Origin: Chrysemys picta bellii
Lineage: Eukaryota
Direction of reading: 5' to 3'
Assembly: GCF_011386835.1 (NCBI RefSeq)
Contig: NC_088794.1
Coordinates: 34,596,001-34,660,000 of the forward strand
Length of the DNA: 64,000 bases
Below, piece after piece: positions 1 to 11,635 of the stretch; within the stretch, counting starts at the first letter, position 1, and every line of letters begins with the position of its first letter. A program made the translations under genes and the position numbers. The notes under the pieces are model-generated. The model did no database searches, was not told the DNA's origin, and was given only the letters and a program-made list of their open reading frames with translations.

Positions 1-801
1 ACCATTGATTTATATAAGGGCAATAATATATTCTCAGTCTTATTCTCTATCCCCTTTTTAATGATTCCTAACATCCTGTTTGCTTTTTTGACCGTCTCTG
101 TACACTGCGTGGACATCTTCAGAGAACTATCCACGATGACTCAAAGATTTTTTTCCTGACATGTTGTAGCTAAATTAGCCCCCATCATGTTGTATGTATA
201 GTTGGGGTTATTTTTTCCAATGTGCATTACTTTACATTTATCCACATTAAATTTCATTTGCCATTTTGTTGCCCAATCACTTAGTTTTGTGAGATCTTTT
301 TGAAGTTCGTCACAGTCTGCTTTGGTCTTAACTATCTTGAGCAGTTTAGTATCATCTGCAAACTTTGCCACCTCACTCTTTACTCCTTTCTCCAGATCAT
401 TTATGAATAAGTTGAGTAGGATTGGTCCAAGGACTGACCCTTGGGGAACACCACTAGTTACCCCTCTCCATTCTGAGAATTTACCATTAATTCCTACCCT
501 TTGTTCCCTGTCTTTTAACCAGTTCTCAATCCATGAAAGGACCTTCCCTTTTATCCCATGACAGCTTAATTTACGTAAGAGCCTTTGGTGCGGGACCTTG
601 TCAAAGGCTTTCTGGAAATCTAAGTACACTATGTCCACTGTATCCCCCTTGTCCACATGTTTGTTGACTCCTTCAAAGAACTCTAATAGATTAGTAAGAC
701 ACGATTTCCCTTTACAGAAACCATGTTGACTATTGCTCAACAGTTTGTTTTTCTATGTGTCTGACAATTTTATTCTTAACTATTGTTTCGACTAATTTGC
801 C
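1..801 (-). mobile_element. CR1 LINE ORF2 reverse transcriptase fragment (5'-truncated, runs off the window)
   Basis: ORF 141..740 carries CR1 RT motifs (QHGFCKGKSCLTNLLEFF, YLDFQKAFDKVPH, SGVPQGSVLGP, KFADDTKL); stops and frameshifts follow at lower coordinates. Confidence 0.95.
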
Positions 802-1031
802 ATCTGGGGGCTTGGTGGAGAGCACGCCACGCAGTGGTTGAGGAGGCTAAAGGGAATGCAGGCATCAGGGGAATGTTTTCATAGGAAGCACTTGTGGAGA
901 ATTCAGGCAGAGTTCATGAACTCCACTGGTTAAGCACCTCCTCTTGAAAAGCCAGTCCTGATAATAAACAATTTCATCAGCTGCAACCCTCTTCTTAGGG
1001 TGGAGTTTTCAAAAACACTTAATGCAATGGG

Positions 1032-2161
1032 TAGGGTTACCATTCGTCCGGATTTACCCGGACATGTCCTCCTTTTTGTGCTAAAAATAGCGTCCGGGGG
1101 GAATTTGTAAAGCACTCACAATGTCCGGGATTTCCCCCCTCCCCCGGCAGAGCAGAGCGAGCGGCTGGGAGGGCTGCAGGAAAGTCCCGGGCTGGACTCC
1201 GGAGCAGCTGTAGAGGAGCCGGATCCGCCCTGCATTCTGAGCAAGTGTATCAGCACAAAGTGCAGCCCTCCCCTTTTGCAACTGGGAGCGGTTTCTGCCA
1301 TGCAGCGTAGCAAAACGGGAGCGAGAGCACTTTGTGCTGATACAAGGGCAGCTCTCCCCTGCAGCCCGGTCCGGCAGCACTGTGCAGGGCCAGGGACCGG
1401 GTTTTGTTGTGCTGGGGAGCACAGCCACGTGTCCGGCTCGGCTCGCACAGAGCCCAACACCCTGTTCTGAGCAGCAGGGTAAGGGGGCCAGGGGGCAGAA
1501 GGGGCAGGGAGGATCTGGAGGGGGCAGTCAAGAAACGGGGGGGGGGCTTTTTGGGGGGAGTGGAGAAAGTTTTGGGCAGTCAGGGTACAGGTAGGGGGTA
1601 GGGTCCTGGGGGGCAGTTGGGGGGGTCTTAGGAGGAGGCAGTTAGGGGACAAGGAACAGGGAGTCTTAAGTAGGGGGTGGGGTTCTGGAGGGCAGTTAGG
1701 AACAGGGGTCCCAGGAGGGGGCAGTCAGGGGACAAGGAGCGGGGGGGTGGGGGGGCTGGGAGTTCTGGGGGGGAGCTGTCGGGGGGCAGGAGTGGGGAGA
1801 GGGATCGGAGCAGTCAGGGGACAGGGAGTAGAGGGGTTTAGATGGGTTGGGAGTTCTGGGGGGGGCTGTCAGGGGGTGGGGAGTGGTTGGATGGGGCGTG
1901 GGAGTCCCAGGGGTCTGTCTGGGGGTGGGGGTGTGGATAAGGGTTGGGGCAGTCAGGGGACAAGAGGCAGGGAGGCTTAGATAGGGAGTGGAGTCCTGGG
2001 GGGCAGTTAGGGGCAGGGGTCCCAGGAGGGGGCAGTCAGGGGACAAGGAACGGGGGGAGGGTTGGGGGTTCTGGGGGGGCGGGAAGTGGGAGGGGTAGGG
2101 GTGGGGCTAGGGCGGGGCTCCTCCCGTCCTCTTTTTTGCTTGCTGAAATATGGTAACCCTA
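1032..2161. mobile_element. Non-autonomous hAT element (MITE) with G-rich internal tandem repeats
   Basis: 12-bp TIR TAGGGTTACCAT / ATGGTAACCCTA; perfect 8-bp TSD GCAATGGG at 1024-1031 and 2162-2169; degenerate GGGGGCAGTCAGGGGACAAGGA units inside. Confidence 0.93.
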
Positions 2162-2804
2162 GCAATGGGGGTTGTGCTCCTAAGTAACTTTCAGTGTGAC
2201 TTATGTTCACCAGTTACTTTGGCAATGTTGAAAATCCCACCCAGGCCAGACTCTCAGGAGCCTGCAATCCTGCTCCTGGCTGTCCACAAATTCCTGGGGT
2301 GTTGCTTAGTGACAACTGATGGCAGCAGGCTGGGGGGTGAGGGCGGGAGTTCTATATCAGGCTAAGGAGGAAAGGGAGATTCATGACCACTTATGTGAGC
2401 TTGGTGGGTGGTTGCCACTATTCTGAAGCTCCCCATGTAATTTATGCCATGCTGCATAGCAAGAGGGGCTGTGACCATGCGTGAGGAGTAGGAAGAATAG
2501 ATAGGAAAGGTCCTTCCAAACCCTTCCCCAAACCAAAATGTTCAGCCTGGGCAAATATTCTAATGGCAGGGAAAAGGTCTATGAAAAATTAAATATTTGT
2601 GGCCTCAGACTTTCACAAATTTTTTTAAACTATAATGAGCCTGAAAAAAACCTCATTTTTAATACAGGCTCTTCCCAGCATTTGCTCAATAGTCACATGG
2701 AACTGTACTGCATGTTTGACCTCTAAAGGGATGGATACATCTTACTATGGTGCAACTAGAGCTCTTAAAGGGCTGGGCCAGTAACATCAGAATATGGTCT
2801 ACAT

Positions 2805-4131
2805 TGCAGAGGATGTGAGGGAGATTCCCAACGTGAGTCATTCATTTTAGGTGACTGATCTTAGGAACTGTCCCAGATTGAGGTGTCAGTAAAGGAAGTA
2901 TGGGAACAAATTGATAAATTGAACAGCAATAAGTCACCACCACCAGATGGTATTCACCCAAGAGTTCTGAAGGAGCTCAAATATGAAATTGCAGAACTAA
3001 ATGTGGTATGTAACCTGTCGCTTAAACCAGCATCTATATCAGATTACTGGAGGATAGCTAAAGTAAAGCTGATTTTTAAAAAAGGACTCCAGAAGGGATC
3101 CTGGCAATTACAGGCTGGTAAGCCTAACTTCAGTACCAGGCAAGCTGGTTGAAGCTATAGAAAAGAACAGAATTATCAGACATATAGATGAACACAATAT
3201 GTTGGGGAAGAGTCAACGCAGCTTTCGTAAAGGGAAATCATTCCTCACAATCTATTATAATTCTTTGAGGGGGTCGACATGCTTGTGGACAAGGGTGATC
3301 TGGTTGATATAGTGCACGTGAACTTTCAGAAAGCCTTTGACAAAGTCCCACACCAAAGGCTCATAAGCAAAATAAGCAGCCATGGGATAAGAGGGAAGGT
3401 CCTCTCATGGATCAGTAACTGGTTAAAAGATGGGAAACAAAGGCTCGGAATAAGATAATAAGATGGAAAATATAATGCCTATGCCCCTATATAAATCCAT
3501 GGTATGCCCACACCTTGAATATTGCATGCTGTTCTGGTCGCCCATCTCAAAAAAGGTATATTAGAATTGGAAAAGAATGGTAATGAAAATGATTAATAGT
3601 ATGGAACAACTTCCATTTGAGGAGAGATTTAAAAAATTAGGACTGTTCAGCTTAGAAAAGAGACAACTAAAGGGGGATAGGATAGAGGTCTATAACATCA
3701 TGAATCAGGTGGAGAAAGTGAACAGAAGTATTATTTATGCCTTCACACAACACAAGAACCAATTAAATTAATAGGGAGCAGGTTTTAAATTAACATAAGG
3801 AAGTATTTCCCACAATGCACAGTCAACCTGTGGAACTCCTTGCCAGGGGGTGTTGTGCAAGCCAAAAGCATAACCTGGTTAAAAAAAAAGAGTTACATAG
3901 GTTTATGGAGGATAGGTCCATCAATGGCTATAAGCCAAGATGGTCAGCAATTCAACGCCATGTTCCTAAATCTCTGTTTGCCAGAAGCTGGGACCAGACA
4001 ATGAGATGGATCACTTGATAATTGCCCTGTTCTTTTTATTCCCTCTGAAGCGTCTGGCATCGGTCACTGTCAGAATGGGCTAGATGGACCATTGGTCTGA
4101 CCCAGTCTGATCATTTGTATGTTATGTTCTT
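2805..4131 (+). mobile_element. CR1 LINE 3' fragment with internal deletion and 3' tail
   Basis: RT remnants (KSPPPDGIHPRVLKELK, YVNFQKAFDKVPH-like), C-terminal LGLFSLEKR motif, 3'UTR ending ATGTTATGTTCTT; about 430 bp missing at ~3453 relative to the copy at 18710. Confidence 0.93.
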
Positions 4132-4707
4132 AAGTGTGCCCCATGCTTAGTAATTAAACTGGGAAGAAAATAATCGAGGAACTTCTGTAATGCAAACCTA
4201 AGTTATGCAGAATGGTAAAGGGTGGATACATATTGTAAAGCAGGTGGCACAACACAACAGCTCTTACTAGAGACTCTGATTAACTGTTTTCTTTATAGTA
4301 TGTTATTTCAACCTTTTCACGTATTTCCATGGTCTAGGAAAACAGTAAAATTGATTTCAGAATTACAAAACGTTGATACTTAGCTCTTACAGGGCAAAAG
4401 AGCATGCCAGAAACCAGCACCTGCTCACTTTTAGTATGGGACTTGTATCTTTTGGAGCAGCAGCACCTCATACCCACTGCCCATCCCATATGGCCTTTTG
4501 GATGCACATCCTTCTATGTCATTAAAAATCAATGTTACATTGGAAAGTCTCAAGCCAGGAAGTCATTGTGTTAGTTACAATGCTGAAAAGACAATTCTAG
4601 TTACCCAGCAGCTCAGTTTGACCTGTCTCATTCCTATATGTGCCTTCACGTTCCCAGTGGACTAGAGGCTTATGCTTGTGTCTAATACAATACTCTCTGT
4701 TCCCTAG

Positions 4708-4791
4708 CCTTGTTATGAGACAGTGAAAATATGGCTCCAGGAAAACCTGCTAGCAGTGGGGATCTTTGCCCTGTGCACAGCTTTGGTTCAG
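4708..4791 (+). CDS. TSPAN4: Tetraspanin-4, penultimate coding exon
   Basis: ctctctgttccctag|CCTTGT...GTTCAG|gtaggc; 84 nt, phase 0/0; translates PCYETVKIWLQENLLAVGIFALCTALVQ, matching remembered human TSPAN4 (PCYETVKVWLQENLLAVGIFGLCTALVQ). Confidence 0.97.
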
Positions 4792-5400
4792 GTAGGCTCT
4801 TATTTCAATTTCTTATTGCCTGAGTGATTGCAGTTGGATTACAAATTATTGAAACAAACTGGTTTCTACATTATTTCTTCCCAGCCTGTTTTTAACAATT
4901 TCCAAAATATTCTATTAAATCTTCCTTGGATTTTTAATGTAACCAAAATATCAGAGGGAAACTGCAATAATAAAAACTACATACAGTATATATTACCATG
5001 AATAACGACACACACGCAGTTTCCTTTTTTTAATGCCCTAAATGATTAGGATATGATTTATTTATTTACTTTTTGTCACTCAACATGGCCAGCAAAACGA
5101 GACAGGTCAGTTTCATCTTCCGGTTCTCCTGCCTTAGCGTAAGACTGGGTTTAGCTTGCAAAACCAGCAGGGGAATGTTTATATTACATTTTAACAAAGC
5201 ACTTAAATGAAAGCCTCAATCTTGCATACACAATCATAGACTTGATTTTCTTTATGTGAGTATTCCCATTAACTTCAATAGCATTATGCACCTGAATAAA
5301 GTCAGGCATGTATTTCTTTCTTTACAGGTGCAGGGCCTATATTTGTACTTCAAGCATGGCTATGACCAGAAACACGGCTAAATATTAACCGCATGCTGAT

Positions 5401-5675
5401 GCCTATGTCTACATGTGCCTATGCTGCACTCAGAGGTATGACTGCAGCACATGTAGACATACCCAGTCTAGCTTTAATCCAGTTAACAGGAGTACCAATA
5501 GCAGCACAGGCTTCAGTGTGACCTGTCCAAGCCTGACCAGGACCATGGATACTTACTTTGGCTGGCTAGCCCACCCTAAAATCAGTGCTGCTGTGGCTTC
5601 CCTGCTTTTGGTAATCACGCTAGCTAGATTAAAGCTAGACTCTGACATACCTGTGACTGCAGCATAAACATACCC
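5401..5675. mobile_element. Degenerate PIF/Harbinger-type MITE
   Basis: Ends GCCTATGTCTACA... and ...ATAAACATACCC followed by TTA resemble the TIR of the intact copy at 43421; internal CTAGCTTTAATC symmetry. Confidence 0.55.
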
Positions 5676-7064
5676 TTATTTTCTAGCAGTGACTTTCATA
5701 TCTCATTCATACTCAGCTTACAAGTGGGAAGTATGATTACTCTACACCAACTGTGCAGTAACTCAATTAAGATGTGGTTTTATGCTTTGCATGCCTCCAG
5801 CAATAGAGAGTCTGGAATCAGAACTGGCTCATGGTGTTGCTGATGATGCATTAGGCAGAATTGCATACATCCAACACTTCCATAGTTTTCTACTAGTGCT
5901 GCAGTTTATGGCCCCGCTTTGGTAAAGCACATATTTGAGTTGGGAGCTATAATAATGAGAAACTTACTTTCTTCTCAGACAGAGGTGAGTGAAGAAGCTT
6001 AGGGAATGGGTATGTGCAGGGAAATAGTGTAGCGAACCGAGCTTGAGCCTCCCTATTTGGTCTATAGCCACACTTCAGAGGGTGGCTGTTGGGTACACAT
6101 GCCACATTTAGGGAGTCTTTAAAAGATGTATTAGTTACACTGTTCATAAGCTCATATCATCCCTCTCTAATAGACAGTGTAGAGCATTTAAAATCATATT
6201 GTATACATCTGACCAATTGTAATGACTTGTTTTCATTAGGAAAACAATTTTAGACAATTTTTGAAATGTTTACTGGAGTGAAAATTATGAAATGCACAGA
6301 AAATACTTCAAGCCTGAAAAGCTTTTGCCAGGGTCTTCTCCCTTATCCCCACCCCCCCACACCTGTTTGAACCTAATTATTGACTAAAGATCCAAAACCC
6401 ACTGTGAGTTAATGAGACTCTCTCCATTGACTTCTGTGGGATTTGGATCAGGCTCTAATTGCTTGGCAACTTTTTTGGCTGGCACTTTTGAAGTGCAAGG
6501 AAGTGCACTTGTGCAAGGAAGTCATACACAAGTAACCCCTTAAAAACATGTACCTAGTGCAGTAGGAGAATCTTCTGAATTGGTGCATGCCAGGGGTCTC
6601 AATAAACAAATGTGCAAATTAACCCACTCTATTGGAGACTGCCACATGCAGACATTCTCTGACACGCTGATCTGCTTTGAGTCAGGAAAAGGTCAGTGTG
6701 CTAATGAATAAAGCAGCTGCTTTAATAGCCAACAGAATTCCATTCCGTGGTATAAAAAGCCAGAGCAAAGGCTGGACGTTAGAGATCAAGAGCCATTTAA
6801 CCTAAAAATGTCTGTGTCTGTGCTCAGATAAAACTACCAATATCATTGCTCAAAGGCTGTTTAAAAAATAATCCTTGTAGGGAATTGCCATTTAACCAGA
6901 CTATCAATTGATTTTAAAGTGGCCAAACTAATCATTTCAAAGAATATATATATATAAAGAACTGCTACATGATAAACATTTAACCCTGAGGAAGTGATTA
7001 CAACTGAGCTTTGGCAGAAATAGCAGCAGCTACACTTAGTTCTTTTATCTAAGTATTTTACAAA

Positions 7065-7265
7065 TGAGGGTAAGGATCACGATTGCCATTTTACATATAG
7101 AAAAACTTAGGAAAAGAGATCCTGTGAGGTATTTAGGCATCTAATTCCCCTTGAAGTCAGTGGAAGTTAGGCACCTAAATACCTTTGAGGATACACACAG
7201 TAGGTCAATGGCAGAGCTGAGAATAGAAACCATTTCTCCTAACTCCCGAGGTAGGGCCACAGCCT
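7065..7265 (-). mobile_element. CORE/MIR-like SINE interrupted by a short hairpin element (~7119-7190)
   Basis: CCATTTTACATATAGAAAAACT...CACACAGTAGGTCAATGGCAGAGCTGAG matches the antisense CORE; inserted palindrome GGTATTTAGG (7128-7137) ... CCTAAATACC (7174-7183). Confidence 0.6.
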
Positions 7266-7874
7266 CTTGATTAATCTCAGGCCTTTGGGAGCAGGTGCAC
7301 TGTTGATGGAGCCTGCTTATTTTTTTGCAGAGATGGACCCTAATGATTGTCAGCACTCTTCCCTCCATGGCAGTGTTCATGAAATCACATAGCTTTGGAA
7401 AATAGGAAGAACAGCACTATCCTTAAGTTTGAGACAAAAACATTGTCTCCCATAATCATGGATACTGTGACAAATACAGCCCCACGGCTGTCTGGGTGGG
7501 TCGCTACTGTAAAGTAAAATACCTTTCAGCAACTGCCTCATTATTTCCTGGCAAATAAGGGCTGCGTTTATACCTGGCACCAGAACTGAGAGCAGGGCCC
7601 TTGTCTGTCCATGTCCTCCTGCTGGCACCCCTGAATGAGTGGTGTAGATGGGAGCAGAGGAGTGAAGCAGAGCAGAACAGGAGCCTGTGATCACATAATT
7701 AAAGACTGTATCATAAGTCGTATGCATATAGGGGCAAAGTCATGTTGCACAAGTAACCTTAATTCTGGCATTTCCTAACTTTTCAGTGTTTGACTTTGCA
7801 CCCTCAATAAGGTGGATCTAACCCTTTTTTGTAATACTATGTCTGTCAATTTAATTTTTGTTTTGTTTCTTTAG

Positions 7875-7943
7875 ATTCTTGGACTGACCTTTGCAATGAC
7901 CATGTATTGCCAGGTAGTCAAGGCAGACACCTACTGTGCATAG
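7875..7943 (+). CDS. TSPAN4: Tetraspanin-4, last coding exon including stop
   Basis: ttttgtttctttag|ATT CTT GGA ... TGT GCA TAG; translates ILGLTFAMTMYCQVVKADTYCA*, identical to the remembered human TSPAN4 C-terminus; phase fits exon 4708-4791. Confidence 0.97.
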   Translation: MLGLTFAMTMYCQVVKADTYCA

Positions 7944-10903
7944 AAACCATCTCAAGCCTCTGTGCTTCTCCTCAAAAGGACATAGGAGAAAGCTCCTTCA
8001 TGTTCATTCATCTGATCTTTTTTCTATGTAAGATAAACTGTGTATAATCCTATATCTCTGAAGATTTTGTAAATCACCCTAGTTTATTGAGGGAGGAAAA
8101 AAGGGATGGGGGGGAAAAAAAGGCCAAGGGAAGATCAGTACTTGGATTGGCATAGGCAGGAGGAGGAAGTATTGTCGTTAAAAAAAAAAGAATGCTCCAA
8201 CATGACCGAAGAAAACAGTTCCCTTTGCATGGACTGTGGCAAGACTGAAGATGCTGCTTAAGAAGAGCTGGTCTGCAAACCAGTGCTAGCATAGTCGGCA
8301 GACACTGAAAAGAGCTCCAGGAATCCAGAAAGGTTTCCTTATATTATGGGCTGATGTGTGTGGAGGGTGGGAGAGGAGTGGAAAGTTAACTCTCCTTCAG
8401 TATTGAAAAAAGAAGGTGTGGAATAGCTAATATTGATGGAACTGTCATTTTACTACAGTTTGCTTTGTATGCAGCTAGTGTCACAGCAAGCCTCCAAACT
8501 GTCTCAAGAAGATTTTTGCAGCCAGGCATGGGTCATCTTCAGAAGTGTTTTTAGTTTCATGTGCTCTGAAGTCCAGAGCTAATCAGGCTCTGAGTAATGA
8601 GATCTACCTGGTAAGGGAAAAATTCTTAGTGGACATTGTGTCACTTATTGGTTCTATACCATTGCAAATTAATAAGAGTGTACATGTATAATATATTCAT
8701 AGACACTTACCATTCTGAAGGGAGGTAAAATAACCCTGCATCTCGCCTCAGAAGATGGAAGCTTTCTACCCCATTTCACATTCCAAGTGAACAAATACTC
8801 AAAGGGAAATAATGGCGTATTATTTCTTGTAGGAGACACTATCACTATTACCTCTGGGGAAACAAGTAATTACTTTCAGCTGTATCTTCATTTCTGTAAA
8901 CAACTTGTGAGTGGGCTTTCTCTGTCACTCTCCTATGGTTTTATTTTTTCCATTCCTGTTTCAAGTCAGTCTACCAGCAACTATCACTCATTTCTGCACT
9001 TAAAGAGCTGTCAGCTGTTTCTTCACTGAATGTCATTAATTTTCCCTGGGATAGTATCATCTGCAGATAGTATAGGGTTTGTCTTGTCAAAGAAACATGT
9101 GTTACACAGTGCTTAAAACTTGAGATGTTTTCCTGCTTAGAAATGCTAAACTACTTATTTACAACATCTAAGGAAAATGGTTCCCAGTGGGAACTGGAGT
9201 CAACTTTCAAGCTTTTTTCTCCCCCCCTTGTGCAGGCTTGCTCAGTAGCAACACCTGGCCCTGCTGGAATTTGCAAAAAAAGCATCAGTCACAACTCCTC
9301 ATTGCAGGAAAACAGTTCTGTGTGTGTATGTTCCCACATTGTCATAATTGAAGAGAATGTGTGAATTGTGCTTTGAGGGAATTTTCATTGAATCGTAAGA
9401 AAACTTTGCATCCAGCAAACTTCTAAACTGAGGGTAGGCCCAATATAGCCTACAGTATTGTGCAATGTAGACATGCAGCCTTGAGTGACGGTGTCTGCTG
9501 GGCCATGCTCCATCTCAATCCTGGCAGCCAAGCCATGGGCAGTATCTATTCGAGAAAGGCTGCTATAACTATAGTGTTTTATGTGTGTTCTGTACCACCT
9601 TTACCCTTCTGCCATTAAGTGAGAAAACTGATTTAAATGAACTCTCTATTTAACTCTGTCAAATCCTGAGGTGGTGGTATAAGTCATTAGGCTTGGCAAA
9701 ATTTTCAGAGAGCTGTAGCATCATGAACAGGGTTGCTGTGGTTGGAAGGAGGGAGCCTAACTGGGCCTTGTGGGAAGAACCATCCCTCCAGCCAAGAGAG
9801 GTGTGAGACCTACCCAAAGCAACCCCATGCTGCTCTGAGGGAAGGCTCTGCAGCAACCCTGAGCAGTGGCAATTGCAGTTGCTCGCCTTCTCCTCCTCTG
9901 ATTTCCAAAGCCAAGTGTATGTAGCTTGGTTTAGGCATGTTGATTCCAAGCTACTAAATAGCCAAGGTGAGTGAAGTAATATCTTTGGTTGGCCCAACAA
10001 AAGATTTACCTCCCCCACCTTCTCTCTCTAAAGAACACATGTATTCATCCTTGAGTTACTACAGCTGGAGCAGAGTATCCAGACGCTTAATGGCTTAGTG
10101 CAGGTTCTTGCTGTAGTGTGGTTCACCCACGGGAGGAAGAGGCTTCCTTACCACCTTTCTAGTGGGCACTGACATCTATCAACATTAATGGGAGTTTCGC
10201 AAATGCAGAAGTCAAGAACCACTAAAGAGCTCCTGGGTATGTCACAAATCAGGCCTTTGTGGGCTGTTACCTAGCACAATGCAGAAAATCTTCCACATTT
10301 GAACAGGACTGAGACTAATTCTGTTCTTAAAGCACAGTTTTTGTTTGGAGTAGGTAGGGGAGAGGGAGGCAGGAATAGAGGAACACACCAAAGTCGAATT
10401 GTACAATTAGCATAAGTTCTTGCCCTGGCTCATTAGAACAGCTGTACTCACAGGCATTCCTGCTGACAGCTCTGGGTTCCATCTCTGAGGAGCGGAATAA
10501 TGGAGTGAGGAATGCATTAACAAGACATTGATTTAAAAACGATAAGTGGACTGCTACAAATAGACTCATTTGTCATTAAAAATTATCATGCAGGCAGCAG
10601 TCCCAATGGCTCAGCTGAAAACAATGCACCATCCTGTGGCAGAGCTGGATTGAAGGCTCTACAAAATGGTCTCAAGGGTAGGGAGTACAACCCATTCGTC
10701 ATGTGAATCCCCTAGTTCACATGCAGAGCTCAGTGGAGACTGCAAGATTTTGGCCAAGTCCATTGAAGGAACGCACAGAGAAAAGGTAAAATGACTGAAG
10801 GCTAGAACACTCCTCCTGATTGTGCTTAAACCATTTGCCACAGTTTGTGCTGCTTTACAATTATGTAAACTGCCTCTGTTTTTTAGCCTCCTAGGAGATA
10901 AGG

Positions 10904-11635
10904 TGTCAAGGTGTCACCCCAACTCTGAACTTTAGGGTACAGATGTGGGGACCTGCATGAGATAACCCCTAAGCTTATTTACCGGCTTAGATCTTGTAGC
11001 TGCCACCACCAAATAGTTTAAACAAACATTTATGGGAGAGTCATTTGGAAACTGTGTCTTCCCCCCAATATTTCCCCTGTCTTTATCTCTCTTTTCCTGG
11101 CAGGATTGGGACTGATTCACCTCCTACCAATTCCTGGTGAGCCCAGATCCAAAAAAACCTTTGGATCTTAAAACAAGGAAAAATTAATCAGGTTCTTAAA
11201 AGAAGAGTTTTAATTAAAGAAAAAGGGTGAAAGGAATACCTCTGTGAGATTAGCATGCAAGCTACTCTCACAGACAACAGATTCAAAACACAGAGGATGT
11301 CCCTCTGGGCAAAAATGTAGTTACACAAAGAAACCCAATTTGATTCTCCCTCTATGCAAAAGAAAGTCACAAAAGACAATAAACATAATCTAATATATTC
11401 CTTCTCTAAACACTTACTACTTTTAAGAAATGTTAGATGGTTGATTCCTGGATCCTTCACTCTGGCACAAAACTTACTGAACAGACAAAAGACTGATTTC
11501 CCTCCTCCCTCTTTGAAAACATCTTGTTCCCCCCCCCCCATTGGTTCCTCTGGTCAGGTGTCAGCTAGGCTATGTGAACTTCTTAACCCTTTACAGGTAA
11601 AAGAGGAATTAACCCTTAACTATCTGTTTATGACA
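10904..11635 (-). mobile_element. Solo LTR (probably Gypsy-type)
   Basis: TGTCA...TGACA termini, 732 bp, perfect 5-bp TSD TAAGG at 10899-10903 and 11636-11640; no internal ORFs. Strand and superfamily are inferred. Confidence 0.88.

Noticed and set aside
322-561. ORF MVLTILSSLVSSANFATSLF..., with a similar ORF at 19186..19437
   Set aside because: Antisense shadow frames of the CR1 RT; the similarity comes from the shared repeat.
1081-2210. Many overlapping Pro/Gly-rich ORFs
   Set aside because: They lie inside a TSD-bounded GC-rich MITE, where stop codons are rare; no recognisable domain or splice structure.
1-4700. Upstream TSPAN4 exon (CCG/large extracellular loop)
   Set aside because: Searched by eye and not found; presumably upstream of the window.
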